Source: an uncultured Candidatus Binatia bacterium
GTDB taxonomy: Bacteria; Desulfobacterota; Binatia; UBA9968; JAJDTQ01
Direction of reading: 5' to 3'
NCBI GenBank assembly: GCA_965213675.1
Contig: OZ243916.1
Location: 1,248,001 to 1,312,000 of the forward strand
DNA: 64,000 bases
The notes beneath the pieces are model-generated. The model searched no databases. It worked only from the letters and a program-made list of their open reading frames with translations, and had not been told where the DNA came from. The translations under genes and the position numbers were made by a program. Positions 30,709 through 39,961 of the stretch are shown piece after piece. The stretch's first letter is position 1. Every line of letters begins with the position of its first letter.

Positions 30709-31237
30709 ATGTTCCGTCAGCTCTTTTTCCGGACAAACAAGGGACAAAATAAGCGATGGAGTGTCTCCAAGTCCCAGTAGATACCCAAGGTGGTCCTCGA
30801 TTGATGTACAGGAAAGTGGCCGAGCTAAGGCGTATTCCGTTGACAGGATCTCGCCGCCAGTGTCCTGTTTAACACGTCCTTCTGGTCCGGTCGAGTTGCG
30901 AGTGAGACGTGTTGGACGGGCACACGGCGGCTTCTCGCAGGGAGTCAGCCGTTGGTGGCCCTGCGCGAGATCTTCGTACTCCCACTCAGATCACTTCACG
31001 CGCTACCGCTCCACCGCCTGGACCACACCGTCATCGAAATCGCACGCGCGAAGACCACGGGACCGCCGACAGCGAGGCCGAGTTTTCGAGTTGTTCCCTT
31101 TCGCCAAGCTCTCGCGTGACAAAGTCGAGGTGACCGCCGACGAGTCCGTCCCCGCATCCACTGCGGCGTGTAAATGGTCTTACCCGGGTTTCGTGGACAT
31201 CTGACAAGAGGCGAAGATGGCCTCGGAGGTGACGATC

Positions 31238-31525
31238 ATGAGTCGGACGAGACGGAAGTTTTCGAAGGAGTTCAAGCTCGAAACGGTCAAACTGGTCAAG
31301 GAAGGACCGCGCTCGGTGGGAGAGGTCGCGCGTGATCTGGACTTGACCGAATCGGCGGTACGCAACTGGGTGCGGCAGTTCGACGTGGACGCTGGTGTGC
31401 GCGAGGGGGTGAGCACGGGCGAGCTCGAGGAGGTACGCCAGTTGCGGTCGGAGAACCGGCAGCTACGGATGGAGCGCGACATCCTAAAAAAAGCGACGGC
31501 CTTCTTCGCCAAGGAATCGATGTGA
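31238..31525 (+). CDS. IS3 transposase OrfA
   Basis: RRKFSKEFKLETVKLV...VARDL...NWV...LRMERDILKKATAFF. Confidence 0.9.
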   Translation: MSRTRRKFSKEFKLETVKLVKEGPRSVGEVARDLDLTESAVRNWVRQFDVDAGVREGVSTGELEEVRQLRSENRQLRMERDILKKATAFFAKESM

Positions 31526-32382
31526 GGTTCGCGTTCATCGAGGCGGAGAAGGCCAGATTTCCCGTGACCATGATGTGCCGGCTGCTTGAGGTTTCTCGAA
31601 GCGGCTTCTACGCTTCGCGTGGGCGTCGTGAGAGCACGCGAGCAGGCGAGGACCGCCGCTTGCTGGTCCACATCAAGGCGAGCCACACGGCGTCGCGTGG
31701 GACCTACGGCAGCCCGCGGGTGCACCGGGACCTGGTCGAGGGCGGCGTGGCAGTCGGACGGCACCGCGTAGCGCGTCTGATGCGCCAGGAGGGCCTTCGC
31801 TCCAAGCGCCGGCGCCGCTACCGGGTGACCACCCACTCGGACCATCACCACCCGGTGGCAGCCAACGTGCTGGAGCGCAACTTCACCGCCGATGCCGAGA
31901 ACTGCAAGTGGGCAGCGGACATCACCTACGTGTGGACGCGCTGTGGCTGGTTGTACCTGGCGGTGGTGCTTGACCTGTACTCCCGCCGGGTGGTCGGATG
32001 GGCGATGTCCAATCGCCTCACACGGGAACTCGCGTTGAACGCCTTGGCCATGGCTCTGACCCACCGGCCTCGGCCCGAGCTGCTGCTGCACCACTCTGAA
32101 ACCGGCCAATACGCTTCGGCCGACTACCGGCGCCTGCTCGATGCCCACGGCATCCAATGCTCCATGAGCCGGCGCGCCAACTGCTGGGACAACGCCGTCG
32201 TGGAGAGCTTCTTTGCTACCCTGAAGACCGAGCTTATCCACCACGTCGACTACCACAGTCCAGCCGAGGCAAGGGCCGCGATCTTCGAGTTCATCGAGGT
32301 GTTCTACAATCGGCAACGTCGCCACTCGACCCTCGGCTACCACACACCAGCTGGCTTCGAGCGGATGGCACGCGTAGCTTGA
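31522..32382 (+). CDS. IS3 transposase OrfB; second catalytic Asp appears lost
   Basis: WAADITY, CWDNAVVESFF, YNRQRRHSTLGY. HHSETGQY replaces the canonical HHSDRGSQY. Confidence 0.88.
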   Translation: MRFAFIEAEKARFPVTMMCRLLEVSRSGFYASRGRRESTRAGEDRRLLVHIKASHTASRGTYGSPRVHRDLVEGGVAVGRHRVARLMRQEGLRSKRRRRYRVTTHSDHHHPVAANVLERNFTADAENCKWAADITYVWTRCGWLYLAVVLDLYSRRVVGWAMSNRLTRELALNALAMALTHRPRPELLLHHSETGQYASADYRRLLDAHGIQCSMSRRANCWDNAVVESFFATLKTELIHHVDYHSPAEARAAIFEFIEVFYNRQRRHSTLGYHTPAGFERMARVA

Positions 32383-32562
32383 CCAACCTGTCCACCAATC
32401 CCGGGGAAGGCCACTCAACACGTCTCGCTGTTGCGGTCGAGCCAGCATTCCCGCATCCGTCCCCGTGTTCCCCAGGCAACGGCTCCACCCCCGTGGAGAA
32501 ACCTCCTAAGGGAGCCACGACAGCACGGTCTGCGAGCCTTGCCGCCAGTACCGTCCATCCGT

Positions 32563-32847
32563 TCAGCGGTCCGCCTGTACCAAACCAACGGTCAGCCGCG
32601 TACCGGTCGCTTCCGCGTAGCGCCGTAAGGTAGTCAAGGACGGTGACACGCCGCCGCCCTCCAGACGCGCGATAGCGGATTGAGTCGTTCCGAGGCGCCG
32701 GGCGAGTTCTGCCTGTGTCAGCTTCGCCGCTATGCGGGCACGAATCAGTGCCTCGATCAGCCTGAACTCCTCATCGGCCCGCGCGTACTCTTCCCGGAAT
32801 TCGGGATCTTCCATAAAGCGCTTCTTCAGGTCCTTCAGTCTCGTCAT
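32563..32847 (-). CDS. XRE-family HTH antitoxin (HigA-like)
   Basis: DPEFREEY, LTQAELARRLGTTQSAIARLEGG, PSLTTLRRYAEA. Confidence 0.88.
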   Translation of the reverse strand: MTRLKDLKKRFMEDPEFREEYARADEEFRLIEALIRARIAAKLTQAELARRLGTTQSAIARLEGGGVSPSLTTLRRYAEATGTRLTVGLVQADR

Positions 32848-32964
32848 GACGTCACCTGCTTCATGCGTTCCCTAGCCGTCGCGAGCGCTCGCCGTGGCGT
32901 CCTCTGCGACTTCTTTGCGAAGACATGCAGGACCACTACCCGCCGCCGCGCCGCCGTCACGTAG
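32844..32964 (-). pseudogene. C-terminal remnant of a RelE/HigB (Gp49-like) toxin
   Basis: YVTAARRRVVVLHVFAKKSQRTPRRALATARERMK overlaps the antitoxin start; its 5' part is replaced by an IS end. Confidence 0.8.
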
Positions 32965-33045
32965 TGGGGTGGTCCCACGTTCTTGGACAGGAAGGCGGCC
33001 GAGATAACGTGGATTCCGCATGTTCGATCATGCCGCCAGAGTCCA
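32965..33045 (-). mobile_element. Isolated end of an IS3-a-related element
   Basis: TGGGGTGGTCCCACGTTCTTGGACAGGAAGGCGGCCGAGATAA...GATCATGCCGCCA aligns with 23196-23275. Confidence 0.8.
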
Positions 33046-33194
33046 TTTTGACACGTGATGCTATTCCGATGGAACGCGCGCGGGTGCGCTCGGGAAGGTT
33101 GCGATCCAGTGCCCGGAACAATTCTCGGCTTCATTCTCCGCGACTTCCTTCATGGGTACGGCATAGGCAAGTTGTTCACGCGAGGCATTCCGGT

Positions 33195-34817
33195 CTACAC
33201 CGCGCCGCGCAGCTCGTTGGTCATGACTTCCAGGATCTCCTGGCTGGTGATGGTGCCGACGAAGGCCTGTGTTTCGCGGTCCTTCACGGGCATGGCGGAG
33301 ATGGAGTTCTCCGCCATGCGTTGAAGCGCGTCTTCCACCAGCTCGTCGGTCCAGGTGGTGGGGGCGGCCGCGCGCACGATCTTGCGGAGGGGGGTGTGAG
33401 ACCACGCGTGCCGGGGCAGGTAGCGGAGCATGGCGAGGGAAACGATGCCGGTGAACTTGCCGTGGTCGGCGACGACATAGTCCTGCTGGCCGGGCTTGAT
33501 CCATCGGTCGGCGAAGTCCCGCACGGACAGTCCCGGAGCCGGGTGGACATGGTCGGGGTCGATGATGTCGCCGACCTTGATGTTGTCCAGTGCGAAACGA
33601 ACCATGGAAGGCGGCAACGACTCCGACGGCGAAACCGACTCGTCCGCCACGATACGGCTCACCGCGGCTTCGATGAACGGCGGCGACAACAGGATGTAGG
33701 CGAGCATGATGAGGACGAAGAGAGAGAAGATGTCGCTGCCGACGATGCCGTGTTCGAGAAGCACGAGCAGAATGGCGATTTCGGCCACCCCCTTGGCCAT
33801 CAGACCCGAGGCGAGAGTGAGGGGCGCATCGAAGCGGGCCACGGCGGCGCCGAGCCAGGCCCCGACAAACTTGCCGATGAACGGCACCACCACCAGCGTC
33901 GCGATGGTCCACACGGGTAGCGCGGTAAACGAAAGGCCCAGGTGCAGGCCGGCGGAACTGAAGAAAAGCGGCACGAAGAACCCGTCCGCGACGCTCTTCA
34001 TGCCGGGAATGATATCGCGATACACTTGGTGCGGCAGACGCGACAGGGCGACGCCGAAGAGCAGCGCGCCCAGGGACCCGTGCAGGCCCATCTTCTCCGC
34101 GGCCACCACCGCCACGAACAGAACGCCCAGAATCAGACCGAACGACAGTTGCGGCACGCGCAGCAGTCGCTCCAGAAACTCGATCACTGGAGGCATGACC
34201 CGGCTTGCCAGCACCCAGGTGGCGACGATGAACGCGGCGATCTGCCCCAGGAGAAGGAACACCCCGCCCAGACTCACTTCCACCCCGTGCTCGCCAATGG
34301 TGAACCCGATGACCAGCAACACCAGCAACTCGGCGATAAGGCACGTGGTGAACATTTCGATCCCCACCGGCGCGCGCAGTCGGTCGGCATCGATCAATAC
34401 CTTGGCCACCACGCCCAGGCTGGTGAGCGAGAGAACCCCGGCGAGAGCCAGGGCGCCGCTGAAATCGAGGCCCAGCCCGATGTCCAGCACGAGATTCGAG
34501 GTGACCGCCAGGGACACGACCAGCGGAATCACCACCGAGATGATCGCGGCAATGAAGAAACGCCGGTGGATGGAAGCCATGAACGCGGACACGTCCAACT
34601 CTTCCAGCCCGATGAGGAAGAAGTAGAGGAAGATGCCGATGCTCAGAAAGGCGTGCAGATAATGGTTCAACTCGACCACGCCCAGAACCGGCCCCAGGAG
34701 TATGCCCGTGGCGGTGTAGGCGACGATGGAGTTCAAGCGGAAACGTTGCAGGATGCCTTCGGCCAGCTTGGCGACAACGATGAGCAACCCGGTGGACAGG
34801 AACGCGTCCTGCAGCAT
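33195..34817 (-). CDS. Cation:proton antiporter (CPA2-like) with tandem CBS domains
   Basis: About 12 TM helices, FLIGLE, LTSLGVVAKVL, GFFVPLFF; C-terminal CBS pair. Confidence 0.87.
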   Translation of the reverse strand: MLQDAFLSTGLLIVVAKLAEGILQRFRLNSIVAYTATGILLGPVLGVVELNHYLHAFLSIGIFLYFFLIGLEELDVSAFMASIHRRFFIAAIISVVIPLVVSLAVTSNLVLDIGLGLDFSGALALAGVLSLTSLGVVAKVLIDADRLRAPVGIEMFTTCLIAELLVLLVIGFTIGEHGVEVSLGGVFLLLGQIAAFIVATWVLASRVMPPVIEFLERLLRVPQLSFGLILGVLFVAVVAAEKMGLHGSLGALLFGVALSRLPHQVYRDIIPGMKSVADGFFVPLFFSSAGLHLGLSFTALPVWTIATLVVVPFIGKFVGAWLGAAVARFDAPLTLASGLMAKGVAEIAILLVLLEHGIVGSDIFSLFVLIMLAYILLSPPFIEAAVSRIVADESVSPSESLPPSMVRFALDNIKVGDIIDPDHVHPAPGLSVRDFADRWIKPGQQDYVVADHGKFTGIVSLAMLRYLPRHAWSHTPLRKIVRAAAPTTWTDELVEDALQRMAENSISAMPVKDRETQAFVGTITSQEILEVMTNELRGAV

Positions 34818-34946
34818 GTTGGCCTCCGTGATGAGCTGCGGCCGAGGCGCGGCGCGGCAGACAGCCGGGAATGCGCCGCGCTCGCCGGCCGATTCTGCCG
34901 GGAAATTTATTCGGAATTCGATGAACCGCGCAAGTCCCGGCGCCCG

Positions 34947-35510
34947 TCAGGCGGGCGCAAGACCCAGGCGCTGGTCGCGCCGGCGCAGCAGGGCGATGAC
35001 GGGCAAGGCCAGCAGCACCATCCAGGATTTCCCGATGATCTGTCCCCACAGAAAATCGAGGCTCCCGAACGCCAGGTACAGGAACAGCATGCTGTCGACC
35101 ACGAGCCCCACCACGCTGCTGGCAAAGACCGCCAGCAGCAGCCGGCGACGCTGCAACGGCGTGTAGACGGCGAGGTCGGCACCCTCCGAGAAAAGGTACG
35201 CCGCGCCCGAGGCCACCACCAGGGCGGGCGGCGCGAACAGCGCGGAGAGGACCGCGCCCGCCACCACCGCCGCCGCCGCCCATCGCACTCCAACGCGCCG
35301 CTGCACCAGGTCGCGCAGCACGAAGGCCAGTCCAATGGCCACCACGCCGCTCGGCGCCATGATTCCCGGCGCCACCGGAATCAGGCACGGCGCCTCCGGC
35401 GGACACACCGTTCCCACGTTGCCGATGAGCCAGTTGGCCGCGGGAATGCACAAACCGAACCCGATGAGAAACAGGATGCCTTCCGTACGCCGTCGCCGTT
35501 CAAGTTCCAT
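34947..35510 (-). CDS. VUT family (YhhQ-like queuosine precursor) transporter
   Basis: IPAANW, APSGV, LRDLVQRR, ASG.AYLFSE.ADLAVYTPL, VDSMLFLYLAFGS, GQIIGK. Confidence 0.82.
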   Translation of the reverse strand: MELERRRRTEGILFLIGFGLCIPAANWLIGNVGTVCPPEAPCLIPVAPGIMAPSGVVAIGLAFVLRDLVQRRVGVRWAAAAVVAGAVLSALFAPPALVVASGAAYLFSEGADLAVYTPLQRRRLLLAVFASSVVGLVVDSMLFLYLAFGSLDFLWGQIIGKSWMVLLALPVIALLRRRDQRLGLAPA

Positions 35511-35662
35511 GTGGAGTGAGTCCTACCGTTCGTCCGTGACCTTCTAACGGCTTCGCACCGCGGTTCGCAAGATCACGCCGCCGCCCCCAACGCACAACAC
35601 AACCCCGCGAACGTTCCGGATGCAGGCCATGTCGAAGTGCCACCCTGAAGAGGCTCGAGTTG

Positions 35663-36115
35663 TCACCCCCGGTACCGCTCGGGCGGCTGCGGATTGTTGG
35701 CGGGGTTCGTATCGTGTTTCGTGAGAGCGGTCACCGCCGGGCCGCCCACCAAGGTTTGGATCCCGGCCTCCAGGGCGTCGGCGCTGGCCTTGCCATAGAC
35801 CTCCTGGCCAGCCACATAAAGCGTAAACGCCTTCAGATACTTTGCCTTTTTGGCAGGGTCTTCGATGGTGGCCTTGGTCCAGGCGTAGAGCGGGTACTCG
35901 TCGACACCCTCCCGTTCGGCTTCCGCGCAATAGCCGGCAAAGGCGTCGTACTGGCACCGAAGCGCCGCGTTGTGCCGGGTCAGAATTTCCCGCAGCGGGC
36001 GCAGGTCCGGGTGTTCGTCCCCTGCCCGGGCGGCTTCGGCAGCCTCGCCGTTCAGATGAACGCGCACCTGGTACAGCCATTCGCGGGTCGCTTCCCCAGT
36101 GGTCTTCTCCGACAT
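35663..36115 (-). CDS. Conserved hypothetical protein
   Basis: GGAGG RBS and normal codon pattern. Motifs CQYDAFAGY, YPLYAWTKATIEDPAKKAKY, HDTNPANNPQPP. Confidence 0.7.
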   Translation of the reverse strand: MSEKTTGEATREWLYQVRVHLNGEAAEAARAGDEHPDLRPLREILTRHNAALRCQYDAFAGYCAEAEREGVDEYPLYAWTKATIEDPAKKAKYLKAFTLYVAGQEVYGKASADALEAGIQTLVGGPAVTALTKHDTNPANNPQPPERYRG

Positions 36116-36194
36116 GGCGGTTCCTCCCGTCCCGGTCTTGCATGTCGTCCCTGACGCCCCCAACCGTCCCGCGTGGGGCCGGGCGGCGGCTCCG

Positions 36195-37370
36195 TTACCG
36201 CCGCTCCAGCGTCTCCCGGGCGACGAACGCCAGCCCGGCCGCCGCGCCCAGCAGCACCGGAGCGTAGAACAGGAACGCCCGGCCGGCGCCGAACGCATCG
36301 GCCAGCCAGCCGCCCGCCAGCGGGCCCAGCACCGCCCCGGACTCGCCCACGGTGCGGCGCAGGCCCTGGAGCCTGCCGCGGGCGCTCTCGGGAATGACGT
36401 CGTAGGTGGACACCGACAGCGCCCCCAGGGACATGCCCTGGGCGAGGCCGATGAGCACCATGATCGCCACCAGTTGAGGCAGGGTCGAGGCGAAGGGCAA
36501 GGCCAGGAACGCGACGCCCGGAAGCGCAGTGCTGGGGACGCTGGCGTACTTGCGGCCGATGCGGTCGGTAATGTAGCCGGCGGGCAGGATCATGAGCAGC
36601 ACGAACAGGCCGGAGATGCCGAACAGGGTGCCCACCCGCGCCGCGGAGAAGCCCAGCTCCGCGCCGGCGAAAAGCGGCAGCATGCCCTGGAGCGTGGTGC
36701 GGTACATCTGCATGCTGAACGTGGCGATCACCAGCACCACGAAGGTGCCGCGCAGGTGCGGCAGCACGTCCGACACCCTCCCCCACCACGCGATCCTGCC
36801 GACCTTGCCTCGGGCCCCGCCGCCGCGCTCCACCAGCGCGGTCACGAGCACCAACGCGGCAGCGCCCGCGTACCCCAGGAACACCGCGCGGAAGCTCACC
36901 CATTGAGCGACGATGCCGCCCAGCACCGGGCCGATGGCCGTGCCCGCGGACTTGACTCCCATGAAACCGCTCAGAAGCCGCCCGCGTTGGTGCTGCTCCA
37001 CCATCTCGACGCCGGAGACCTCGCGCGCCATGCTCCAGACGCTGTCGCCCAAACCAGCGAGGAACTGTCCGAGGAAGAGCAACGCGAACCATGGGGTCAC
37101 CGCGCTCGTGAAGGCGCCGCACAGCACCAGGGCGCTGCCCGCCAGCATCGCGGCCTTGGCGCCATAGCGGTCGATGAGCAGACCCGCGGGAATGAGAACG
37201 ACGGTGCGACCCAGAGCGTGGGCGGTGACGACTTGCACGGCCAGACCCGCGGACACGCCGAAGGACGCCGCCAGCAGCGGAATGGTCGGGAACACCATGC
37301 CCTGCCCCAGGCTGATGAGCAGAACCGTGCCGTAGAGCAGCGCCAGACTACCGGGCCGCGGGCCCGTCAT
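36195..37370 (-). CDS. MFS transporter
   Basis: 12 TM pattern, GLLIDRYGAK and GYITDRIGRK loop motifs. Confidence 0.9.
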   Translation of the reverse strand: MTGPRPGSLALLYGTVLLISLGQGMVFPTIPLLAASFGVSAGLAVQVVTAHALGRTVVLIPAGLLIDRYGAKAAMLAGSALVLCGAFTSAVTPWFALLFLGQFLAGLGDSVWSMAREVSGVEMVEQHQRGRLLSGFMGVKSAGTAIGPVLGGIVAQWVSFRAVFLGYAGAAALVLVTALVERGGGARGKVGRIAWWGRVSDVLPHLRGTFVVLVIATFSMQMYRTTLQGMLPLFAGAELGFSAARVGTLFGISGLFVLLMILPAGYITDRIGRKYASVPSTALPGVAFLALPFASTLPQLVAIMVLIGLAQGMSLGALSVSTYDVIPESARGRLQGLRRTVGESGAVLGPLAGGWLADAFGAGRAFLFYAPVLLGAAAGLAFVARETLERR

Positions 37371-37407
37371 GGGGAAAGCCCCCCGGCGCGGGTGTAACGT
37401 CTCAGGG

Positions 37408-38004
37408 TCAGGGCTTGGCGCCCCCGTAAAGGGAAAGCCCGGAACTCTTCTGGTGGCACTCCACGTCCTGGAACCCCGCGCTCCGGAACCACGCGATCTG
37501 GTCCTCCGGGGTAGCGGAGCCGCGATCAAGATTGAAGAAACGGCCGCCCGGGCGCAGCCGCCCGCAGATCTCCTCGTAGATGTCCCGGATCACGTCCCCG
37601 ACCCGCACGTTGTGGATGGCGTTGCACGACACTACGAGATCGAACTCGCCGCCGGCCACCCGGCTCCATTCCTTCTGGCTGAAGTCGGAGACCACGTACT
37701 CGAACCGACCTTCGAGATCCTTCATGCGTTCGCCGCCGAGGTCCGCCATGGCCGCGGAGCCGTCATGGCACACCGCGGTGGCCCGGGGAAAGGCTTCCAA
37801 AAGGTATTTGCTGAGGGCGCCGTAGCCGCACCCCACGTCCATGAACCGGAAGGCGGCGTCGCTGTCGAACGGAATCAACTCGGCCATGAGCGTGAACTGC
37901 CGCGCCCTCAAGCCTTCGTTGCGCCGCTGGCGCTGGGCCCAGTCCTCCACGTAATCGGGAGAATTCCAATCGTGTTGCCGCAACGGGTCGGTAATCTGTG
38001 CCAT
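37408..38004 (-). CDS. Class I SAM-dependent methyltransferase
   Basis: MDVGCGYG, DGSAAM, FDLVVSCNAIHN, LRPGGRFFNLD. Confidence 0.88.
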   Translation of the reverse strand: MAQITDPLRQHDWNSPDYVEDWAQRQRRNEGLRARQFTLMAELIPFDSDAAFRFMDVGCGYGALSKYLLEAFPRATAVCHDGSAAMADLGGERMKDLEGRFEYVVSDFSQKEWSRVAGGEFDLVVSCNAIHNVRVGDVIRDIYEEICGRLRPGGRFFNLDRGSATPEDQIAWFRSAGFQDVECHQKSSGLSLYGGAKP

Positions 38005-38148
38005 GAGTGCTTCTTGACCTCCTCCGGGCTCGCCAGCTGAACCGCACAGCGGGCCGGATGGTGAACGGATGTGAACCGGAAACGGGCGTGGAGCCGACTT
38101 GAGCCCCGCGCATCACACCGGAAACGCGCCGGAACGCGCGCGCGTGAA

Positions 38149-38195
38149 ACCGGGTGTTGAGACCGACCGGGTGTTGAGACCGGCCGTTGAAACCG
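38149..38195. repeat. 17-bp perfect tandem repeat (x2 plus a degenerate third copy) in a divergent promoter region
   Basis: ACCGGGTGTTGAGACCG twice, followed by GCCGTTGAAACCG. Confidence 0.75.
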
Positions 38196-38358
38196 GCTGT
38201 GGGCGGGTGTTGCCTACCGGTATCGTGTATGGACTTAGACGATAAGCGCGCGGATGTCCAGGTTGACAGCCGGAGTGGGCAGTGCCTATAGAAATCCAGA
38301 AACACACGCCATTCCGACGCGACGGCGCCGGCCCCGCGGCCGCCCCGGAGACCGATGC

Positions 38359-39807
38359 ATGACACGCGCGCCACGCAATGCCGAGGCCGCCCTCGACCTC
38401 AGAACCTTCATCGCCCGGCTCAACCAGGCGGGAAAGCTCAAGGAATTACGAAACGCCCACTGGAACCTGGAAATCGGGGCGCTCACCGAGATCGGCGCCG
38501 AGTCCGGTGACGGCTCCGCGTTGCTCTTCGACTCCATCCCCGACCACCCCGAGGGCTTCCGCGTCCTGAGCAACGTCCTGCGCTCGCCCGAGGCCGACGC
38601 CTTGGCTCTGGGCCTGCCCCCGGACGTGCGCGGCCTGGAACTGGTGCGGTCCATGAAGGGCCGGCTGCAGAACCTCGAACCCATTCCACCCGTGGAGACC
38701 GGCGAGTCGCCGCTGCTTGAGAACGTGACCCAGGACGGCGACGTCAACGTGCTCAAGTTCCCCACTCCCAAATGGCACGCCGACGATGGCGGCCGCTACA
38801 TCGGCACCTTCACCGCCACGGTGTGCCGCGATCCCGATACCGGCTACATCAACGTGGGCACCTACCGCGTCCAGGTGCACGACGAGAACACGGTGGGCGT
38901 ATGGATGATCCCCGGCAAGCACGGCGACCTCATCACCCGGAAGTACTGGGGGCGGGGCGAAAGCTGCCCGGTGGCCGTGGTGTGCGGGCTGCCGCCGGGC
39001 CTGATGACCGCGAGCGCCGTGGGCATCCCCTGGAACATGAGCGAGTACGATTTCCTCGGCGGCCTGCTGGGGACTTCGGTGCCGGTCATCAAGGGGAGCC
39101 GGACGGGACTGCCGGTGCCGGCGTTCGCGGACATCGTCCTCGAGGGGCGTATTCCGCCGCCCGAGCAGGAGTCCCACGAGGAGGGACCGTTCGGCGAGTG
39201 GCCGGGATACTACGCCTCGGGTTCGCGGCAGGCGCCGGTGGTGAAGGTGGAAGCCGTCTATCACCGCGACGACCCCATCATCACCGGCGACCCGCCGCTG
39301 CGCACCTTCCTCAACAGCGAGACCCACAAGTACATCCGCTCCGCCAACATCTGGTCCTCACTGGAGCGCGCCGGCATCCCCGAGGTGCGCGGCGTGTGGT
39401 TCCCGCGCCAGGGACGGTTCATGGTGACCGTGGCCATCAGGCAGCGCTACTCCGGCCACGCCAAACAGGCGGGTTACGGCGTCCTCGCCACCCGCGACGG
39501 CGGACGCGACGTGCGCATGGTCATCGTGGTGGACGAGGACGTGGACATCACCAACATGGGCGAGGTGCTGTGGGCCATGTCCACCCGCTGGGATCCCCGG
39601 AGCGACTCCGAGATCCTCGACGTGGCCGCAAGCATCCTGAACCCGAGGCTTTCGCCGGAAGACAAGGAACGCCGGGAGCTGACCACCTCCTGCATGGTGG
39701 TGGACGCGTGCCGGCCCTACAGTTGGAAAGACGCGTTCCCCAAGATCTCGGCCGTGAGCGCCGAATACAAAGCCCAGGTGCGGGCCAAGTGGGCGGACCG
39801 ACTGTGA
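38359..39807 (+). CDS. UbiD family prFMN-dependent (de)carboxylase
   Basis: DGGRYIGT, NVGTYR, EGPFGEWPGYY, IVVDEDVDI, WAMSTR. Confidence 0.92.
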   Translation: MTRAPRNAEAALDLRTFIARLNQAGKLKELRNAHWNLEIGALTEIGAESGDGSALLFDSIPDHPEGFRVLSNVLRSPEADALALGLPPDVRGLELVRSMKGRLQNLEPIPPVETGESPLLENVTQDGDVNVLKFPTPKWHADDGGRYIGTFTATVCRDPDTGYINVGTYRVQVHDENTVGVWMIPGKHGDLITRKYWGRGESCPVAVVCGLPPGLMTASAVGIPWNMSEYDFLGGLLGTSVPVIKGSRTGLPVPAFADIVLEGRIPPPEQESHEEGPFGEWPGYYASGSRQAPVVKVEAVYHRDDPIITGDPPLRTFLNSETHKYIRSANIWSSLERAGIPEVRGVWFPRQGRFMVTVAIRQRYSGHAKQAGYGVLATRDGGRDVRMVIVVDEDVDITNMGEVLWAMSTRWDPRSDSEILDVAASILNPRLSPEDKERRELTTSCMVVDACRPYSWKDAFPKISAVSAEYKAQVRAKWADRL

Positions 39808-39961
39808 CGCGGTGGACCGAACCGAATGCTTGGTGGAGCGAAGCGGCACGAAGTCGAACGCCGCAAACCCGACGACGGGACCGCCGGCCGGTCGCCAGCG
39901 GCTCCCGCGAAGCCGAATCAGTCGATGGCGCAGGCCTTCGCGTGTCACAGGAGACGGAGAC

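Larger units (their letters stand above)
31175..32413 (+). mobile_element. IS3-family insertion sequence (IS3-b, 1239 bp)
   Basis: Inverted ends TGGTCTTACCCGGGTTTCGTGGACA / TGGCCTTCCCCGGGATTGGTGGACA; A7G frameshift site at 31486-31493. No target duplication. Confidence 0.92.

Noticed and set aside
30960-31174. Possible DNA methyltransferase remnant (YTPQWM on the minus strand beside IS3-b)
   Set aside because: Only six residues resemble the FYTP motif and the following sequence shows no methyltransferase features.
23196-32413. Composite transposon formed by the two IS3 elements
   Set aside because: The two elements have different inverted repeats and transposases, and no shared flanking duplication.
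35511-35662. preQ1 riboswitch upstream of the VUT transporter
   Set aside because: No preQ1 stem-loop or A-rich tail is visible.
38149-38195. Possible CRISPR array (also the repeats at 55968-56003 and 52141-52170)
   Set aside because: Units are 10-17 bp, directly adjacent with no spacers, and no cas genes are present.
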